From Candidatus Hydrogenedentota bacterium (GTDB lineage Bacteria > Hydrogenedentota > Hydrogenedentia > Hydrogenedentales > SLHB01), in contig CAXXTH010000017.1 of the NCBI GenBank assembly GCA_963668025.2, forward strand, positions 640,001-704,000: a stretch of 64,000 bases of DNA. Direction: 5' to 3'. Below, one piece after another: positions 59,601 to 64,000 of the stretch. The notes beneath the pieces were generated by a model. It was not told the DNA's origin. It saw only the letters and a list, made by a program, of their open reading frames with translations, and ran no database searches. A program made the translations under genes and the position numbers. Position 1 is the first letter of the stretch; each line of letters begins with the position of its first letter.

Positions 59601-62404
59601 ACATATAGCGCCGCCAGCGAAGGCAGCAAGGATTCCCAATCGCCGCGTCCTTGTTTGAGCGATGGCAGCCAGGAAGCCGTGTTTTCTGGCAGACAACGGC
59701 GGCCCATCGGAAGCAACGCGGGCGTAGGGCCGATTTCGAGATAGGTGTCTATACCCGATGCGGCAAGCGATTCAATACCCGCCTGGAAGCGCACGGCGGC
59801 CCGGGCGTGACGCCGCCAATACGCGGCGTCGAGGACGGTTCCCGGCGGCAGCAGCGTCCCATCCACATTGGACGCCAGCGGCATCGTGAGCGGGTGATAC
59901 GCCACGCGCTGGGCGAACGACTCGAAGGCGTCCAGCATAGGTTCGATGCAGCGGGAATGGAAGGCGTGCGACACATCCAGGCTTTTCGTGCGTATCGCAC
60001 GCACTTTGGCTTCCTGCAACACGGCTTCTAGCGCGTCCGAACGCCCGGAAATGACGGTGAGGTCCGGGGCGTTCACGCCCGCGATGGACATATCCGCCCC
60101 ATGGGGTGCGAGCAATTCGGCGGCGGCATCTTCGCTGGCATACACCACGGCCATGCCGCCTTCGCGGGGCAAGGCGTCCATCAGCCGGGCGCGTTCCGCC
60201 ACGAGGCGCAGGCCGTCTTCTAATGAAAACGCCCCCGCCACGCAGGCCGCCAAATATTCGCCCAAGCTGTGTCCAAGCGCCGCCACGGGCTGGACGCCCC
60301 AGGCGAGTCCGCATTGGGCCAGGGCGTATTCGAGGGCGAACAACGCGGGCTGCGCCCAAGCAGTCTGGCTAATAATCGAGGGGTCTGGGCATGCGCCGAA
60401 CAGCACATCCCGCAGCAGCAGGGTCCGATGCGGGCGCAAGATTTCTTCGCACTGCGCGATGATTTGGCGGAACCGGGGCTCGGTTTCGTACAACTGCCGC
60501 CCCATGCCCGCGTATTGCGCGCCTTGCCCCGTGAACAGAAATGCGATATGGCGCGAATGGGCGTCCGTACGCGCCATCGTGCGCGCATCCGTCTCGCCAC
60601 ACGCCAGGGCTTCGAGGCGCTGGGCAAGGGCCGCCATGTCTTCACCGGGCGCGAGCAATAGCGCCGCACGGCGTTCATGGTGCGTGCGCCCCGCCGCGAC
60701 GGTATGGCAAACGTCGCGCGCGCTTATATCGGGATGCTGTTTAAAATATCGGGCGTAGACGCGTGCGAGGGCGTTCAACGCGGGTTCGGTCTTCGCGGAA
60801 AGAAGCAACACCTCGCTGGGCCGGGCAGGCAAAACCTCCTTCACGGTCGTTTCGGGCGCTTCCTCGATGATGACATGAGCGTTCGAGCCGCCGAATCCGA
60901 AAGCGCTCACGCCCGCGCGGCGGGGCTTTTCGCTCTTGGGCCATGCGGCGGCTTCTGAAGAAACCGCTAATCCGGCGCCGAGTGCAATTAAGGGATTAAT
61001 GTCCTTAAAATGTAGATGCGCGGGAATAAGTTCGTGTTGCATCGCGAGCACGGTTTTGATGAGGCCCGCCATGCCCGCCGCGGATTCGAGGTGCCCGATA
61101 TTGGTTTTCACGGACCCGACGAGGCAAGGCTTGCCAGGCGCGCGCCCTTCGGCATACACGCGCTGGATCGATTCCATCTCGATGGGATCACCCAGCGAGG
61201 TGCCCGTACCGTGGGCTTCTATGTACTCCACGTCCGAAGCGTCCACGCCCGCGCGCGCGAGGGCGTCGCGCATGACGGATTGCTGCGCCGCGCCATTGGG
61301 GGCAGTCAGGCCATTGGTGCGCCCGTCGTGGTTGACCGCCGCACCGCGAATGATCGCCGCGATGGGATCACCATCGGCGAGGGCGTCGCGCAGGCGTTTC
61401 AACACCACCACGCCACAGCCTTCCGAGCGCACATAGCCGTTTGCGCTGGCGTCGAAGGTTTTGCATCGGCCATCTGGGGCGAGCATGCCCGCCTCGGAAA
61501 AGGCGATGGTGATATCCGGCGTCAGGATCAGGTTGACGCCCGCCGCCAAGGCGCAATCCGCATCGCCGTAGCGCAGGCTTTGACAGGCCTGATGCACCGC
61601 CGCGAGCGAAGCCGAACAGGCCGTATCAAGGGCCACGCTGGGGCCATGCAAATCGAGCAAATAGGACAGCCGGTTCGCCGCGATGCTGAAGGCGCTGCCC
61701 GTGGACGTATAGACGCTCAACGGCCCGCCGCCAAATTGGAATTGAGAGTAATCGCTGCTGCTGATGCCCACGAAAACCCCCGTGCGCGAGCCCGCCAGCT
61801 TGGTGGCTGGAATGCCGGCGTCTTCGAGGGCCGCCCAGGCCGTCTCGAGCAGGATGCGCTGTTGCGGGTCCATGGCCGTGGCTTCGCGGGGGGATATGCC
61901 GAAAAAAGCGGCGTCGAATTGGTCCACGCCGTCCAAATATCCACCGAAACGGGTGCAGGTTTTGCCGGGCGTTCCCGGTTTTGGGTCATAGAGCGCATCG
62001 GCGTCCCAACGGTCCGGGGGCGTTTCACGGATGGCGTCACGGCCGCCGCATAACAGCTCCCAGAATTCTTGAGGGGAAGAAGCGCCGGGGAACCGGCAGC
62101 CTATGCCAATGATGGCGATGGCGTCCTCGATGGCCCCGTTACTGGAAGCGGAATGGGCGGATGATTCCGCTTCACCGGCGAGATGGGCGGCCAGCGCGGC
62201 TACCGAAGGATAATTGTATACGATGGTAGGCGACAAGCTGCGGTCCAGCAAATCCTCGAGGTCGCCTGATAACGTTACGGCGTCGCGTGACGACAAGCCA
62301 TAGCTCTCGAAGGGGGCGCCGGGATCGATGGCTTCAGGGGGAATGTCCAGTTCGGATGCAATCTGGGCGGTGAGCCATGCCTGGATGTCTGCTTTGCTCT
62401 TCAC
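56639..62404 (-). CDS. Type I PKS: ACP-KS-AT-KR-ACP-sulfotransferase
   Basis: GLSS (ACP), DTACSAS/HGTGT/NIGHLE (KS), GHSLGE and HAFH (malonyl AT), TGGLGGLG, LDD and YAAAN (KR), LGLDSI (ACP), SSPRSGSTLMR/PELHLL/DKSPSY (ST). GTGA coupling with the FAAL gene. Confidence 0.93.
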   Translation of the reverse strand: MKSKADIQAWLTAQIASELDIPPEAIDPGAPFESYGLSSRDAVTLSGDLEDLLDRSLSPTIVYNYPSVAALAAHLAGEAESSAHSASSNGAIEDAIAIIGIGCRFPGASSPQEFWELLCGGRDAIRETPPDRWDADALYDPKPGTPGKTCTRFGGYLDGVDQFDAAFFGISPREATAMDPQQRILLETAWAALEDAGIPATKLAGSRTGVFVGISSSDYSQFQFGGGPLSVYTSTGSAFSIAANRLSYLLDLHGPSVALDTACSASLAAVHQACQSLRYGDADCALAAGVNLILTPDITIAFSEAGMLAPDGRCKTFDASANGYVRSEGCGVVVLKRLRDALADGDPIAAIIRGAAVNHDGRTNGLTAPNGAAQQSVMRDALARAGVDASDVEYIEAHGTGTSLGDPIEMESIQRVYAEGRAPGKPCLVGSVKTNIGHLESAAGMAGLIKTVLAMQHELIPAHLHFKDINPLIALGAGLAVSSEAAAWPKSEKPRRAGVSAFGFGGSNAHVIIEEAPETTVKEVLPARPSEVLLLSAKTEPALNALARVYARYFKQHPDISARDVCHTVAAGRTHHERRAALLLAPGEDMAALAQRLEALACGETDARTMARTDAHSRHIAFLFTGQGAQYAGMGRQLYETEPRFRQIIAQCEEILRPHRTLLLRDVLFGACPDPSIISQTAWAQPALFALEYALAQCGLAWGVQPVAALGHSLGEYLAACVAGAFSLEDGLRLVAERARLMDALPREGGMAVVYASEDAAAELLAPHGADMSIAGVNAPDLTVISGRSDALEAVLQEAKVRAIRTKSLDVSHAFHSRCIEPMLDAFESFAQRVAYHPLTMPLASNVDGTLLPPGTVLDAAYWRRHARAAVRFQAGIESLAASGIDTYLEIGPTPALLPMGRRCLPENTASWLPSLKQGRGDWESLLPSLAALYVQGAPVDWAAFEQARPGRRMALPTYPFQRQRYWIADGQARTAARQATPPPKAALDVDGLLYELQWKQTGASAGNGAFLTEAPWLIFADASGVAEAFAAQARAAGGRCVVAYPGAAFTYQGERAELASASPMQYRQLLDKALGDAAACAVLYAWGLDAHSEGFAHHTAAEGLVYLLQALLTRPIVTDARLMIVTRGAQAVADSLESPALAQSLLWGLGRVVMQEHPEFGPVLVDLDPMSAPPEVEALWRESMNAPGARQAAWRGAVRYEARLARKQTSNAPMPPMRIRPDASYLITGGLGGLGLEAARGLAEQGARHIILLGRTPLPPREAWNALEPNSRDGLRVAAVRSIEALGATVYTASVDVSELEALRAWHAGFLQAPAPPIAGVLHGAGILDDKLLLHLDAASLASVIKPKAAGAWALHQLFQGQPLDFFIVYSSAASLLGSPGQGNYAAANAWLDAFVQWRRAQGLHALAMNWGPWSEVGMAVETGMNAQLERRGVTGLPPQEAMAALWRALEADWTHVCVFRADWEKLAHASHALADSGFLDSLLSAPVLEEEGPSPQAIRTAAPMERIALLRGYIRVQLARVLGMAGSAIPDEQNVLELGLDSIMVMEIVRTLEHDLRFRVHPREVFERPVVAELAAYLSEELERAEGRGGASSGAIDSESLARWVRGGGTPDEAPPRRLPGAAFLLSSPRSGSTLMRVMLAGHPGLFCPPELHLLPFATMSERQEALGLSYLGEGLQRALMELDGRALASAEALVSEQVAAEQPTWEMYRLLLEAAAPKLLLDKSPSYAVEQGTLLRAEMWFEGARYIHLARHPYAVIESFVRNRFDKLIGAGGVDPYALAEEVWVRSNRNLLEFGRSVGKERCLLVKYEELVSAPEIVMRRVCGFLDILFDPAVLEPYNGKRMTDGVKESSLGIGDPNFLARSRIEGGLGEAWRRIHLPNPLGEAARQIAVELGYELPAEADARVHPTETEVFEEGRI

Positions 62405-64000
62405 GTCGCCGCCCGGACTCCTTCCAATGCTCCCGATAGATATAGCGCCTTGCAGGCGCGCCGCTGGAGTTTGCCACTGGTGGTCATGGGGACGCTGCCC
62501 GTTTTCACGAGCACGATGTCATGAACATGCAGTTCATGAACTTGATTTACTGCCGTGCGGACCGCGCGTTCGACTTCCTCCGCGTTCAGGTTGCGCAAAT
62601 AAGGCAAGGCGACTTCCTGTATGATGACGAGCAGTTCCTGGCCGTCTTCTTCGATGGAGAAGGCGGTTCCTATCGCGCCCTCGAGGGCGGGGTGGCTTTG
62701 GGAGGAGGTTAATTCGATGTCTTGCGGATAATGGTTCACGCCATCAATAATGATGAGATCCTTGATGCGCCCCGCTACAAAGAGCTCGCCGTCGTGCATA
62801 AAGCCCAGATCGCCGGAGCGAAGATAGGGGCCTTCGCCCGTATCGGAGATATAGGTGTTGACGACGCGGGCCGATTCTTCCGGCGCTTCCCAATAACTGG
62901 ACATCACACACGGCCCGGCCACCCAAATCTCGCCTACGCGCCCCTCGGGGCAGCGCGCCAAGGTTTCCGGGTCCACGATGGCCAGTTTCGTTTCGGGCGA
63001 TGGCTGCCCGGAACCGGCATGGATGCGCCCCGTTCCTGGCGCGGCAAGGACGACTTCCCGGCGCGTGAGGGCTTCGGGATCGACTTCGAGCCCCACGGGG
63101 CGTTTCGGCCCGCCACCCGCGACAAACAGCGTAGCTTCGGCCAGCCCGTAGCAGGGCAAAAACGCCTCCTTGCGGAATCCGCATGGAGCGAATTTCTCGG
63201 AGAATCGCTCGATGGTGCTGTATTGCACCGGCTCCGCGCCATTGAACGCCACTTTCCACGAGCTGAGGTCGAGCTCCTTGAGTTGCTCGGGCTTGACTTT
63301 GCGCACGCAGAGGTCATACGAGAAATTCGGCCCGCCGCCGGTGCGCCCTTGATAGCGAGTAATGGCCCGCAGCCAGCGTATCGGGCGCTGCAAAAACGCC
63401 AAAGGCGACATGACCACGCCAAAAGAACCGAGATACATGGGCTGCAAAATATTCCCGATAAGGCCCATATCGTGGTAATAAGGCGTCCAACTGATGACCG
63501 AGGATTCTTCGGTGTGCTGGAAGGCCTGTTGGATCATCACCTGGTTATGCAGAATGTTGCCATGGGTGACTTGCACGCCCTTCGGGAAGGCGGTCGAGCC
63601 GGAAGTATATTGTAGAAACGCCAGCGTATCTGGTTCCGAGCAGGGGTCTTCCCATGGCTCGTCCGGCAGGCTGTCCACATCTTCCATGAACAACCATTCG
63701 AGGCCGGCGGCCATACCAGTCTCTTCACGCAAGGGAATGAGCCGCTCAAAAATGCCGTGTTCCGTAAGGGCGAAGCGCGCCCGGGAATTGTTCAGGATAT
63801 TTTGCAATCGAGGCATGGTGCGGTTGTTATGGGGCGGGCACACGGGCACCGCCACCACGCCGCCATATAAACATCCGAAGAATGCGAGGATGAAGTTCAG
63901 TCCCGGTGTGAACAGGAGCACGGCCCGTTCACCATGGCCGCCCCGGCGGGCCAATTCCGCTCCGAGCGCCCGGGCGCGCCGGTCCAGTTCGGCATAGGTT
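62401..64000 (-). CDS. Fatty acyl-AMP ligase (5' end outside the window)
   Basis: LAFLQYTSGST..PKGV, W.P.YHDMGLIG, NGAEP, CYGLAEATL, GRIKDLIIIDG.NHYPQDIE, TTSGKLQR. The frame is open to the window edge. Confidence 0.92.
   Translation of the reverse strand, partial: TYAELDRRARALGAELARRGGHGERAVLLFTPGLNFILAFFGCLYGGVVAVPVCPPHNNRTMPRLQNILNNSRARFALTEHGIFERLIPLREETGMAAGLEWLFMEDVDSLPDEPWEDPCSEPDTLAFLQYTSGSTAFPKGVQVTHGNILHNQVMIQQAFQHTEESSVISWTPYYHDMGLIGNILQPMYLGSFGVVMSPLAFLQRPIRWLRAITRYQGRTGGGPNFSYDLCVRKVKPEQLKELDLSSWKVAFNGAEPVQYSTIERFSEKFAPCGFRKEAFLPCYGLAEATLFVAGGGPKRPVGLEVDPEALTRREVVLAAPGTGRIHAGSGQPSPETKLAIVDPETLARCPEGRVGEIWVAGPCVMSSYWEAPEESARVVNTYISDTGEGPYLRSGDLGFMHDGELFVAGRIKDLIIIDGVNHYPQDIELTSSQSHPALEGAIGTAFSIEEDGQELLVIIQEVALPYLRNLNAEEVERAVRTAVNQVHELHVHDIVLVKTGSVPMTTSGKLQRRACKALYLSGALEGVRAAT

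Noticed and set aside
56639-62404. Canonical olefin synthase (OLS) call
   Set aside because: The PKS lacks the fused decarboxylating TE and ends in a docking-type tail, and the neighbouring TE has type II motifs. Not fully excluded without phylogeny.
46196-63997. Numerous plus-strand and off-frame ORFs within the PKS/NRPS genes
   Set aside because: Expected shadow ORFs of long GC-rich coding sequences, with no independent motifs.

Overview
A GC-rich window from a flagellated, probably diderm bacterium, mostly housekeeping and accessory genes. Main contents: (i) a sigma28-driven operon of three tandem short flagellins plus flaG, preceded by an unusually long (~640 nt) GGA-rich leader that looks like a built-in CsrA sponge, and a fourth flagellin with its own sigma28 promoter; (ii) ogt, an MBL hydrolase, SDRs, a sensor kinase, rsmA, rsmD, nrdR, ppk2, a YegD-like Hsp70, GH127, a PilT-like ATPase, an MltD-like LysM transglycosylase and a TolB-like protein; (iii) a 753-aa NrdD homologue with two ATP cones that lacks the catalytic Cys motif and the glycyl-radical tail (probable pseudoenzyme); (iv) wzm/wzt with a tandemly duplicated ~200-aa C-terminal domain, next to a radical SAM gene; (v) two similar sigma54 promoter modules, the first driving a structured CU-rich sRNA candidate; (vi) an MMPL/LolA-like/outer-membrane-protein operon interrupted by an AAA-ATPase + HNH (Septu-like) pair; (vii) a FAAL / ACP-KS-AT-KR-ACP-sulfotransferase PKS / TEII / two-module NRPS cluster (cut by the window end), whose docking motifs suggest a sulfated lipo-dipeptide rather than a terminal olefin, followed by an unannotated 37-aa peptide gene. 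All calls come from motif reading by eye; no database searches were run.
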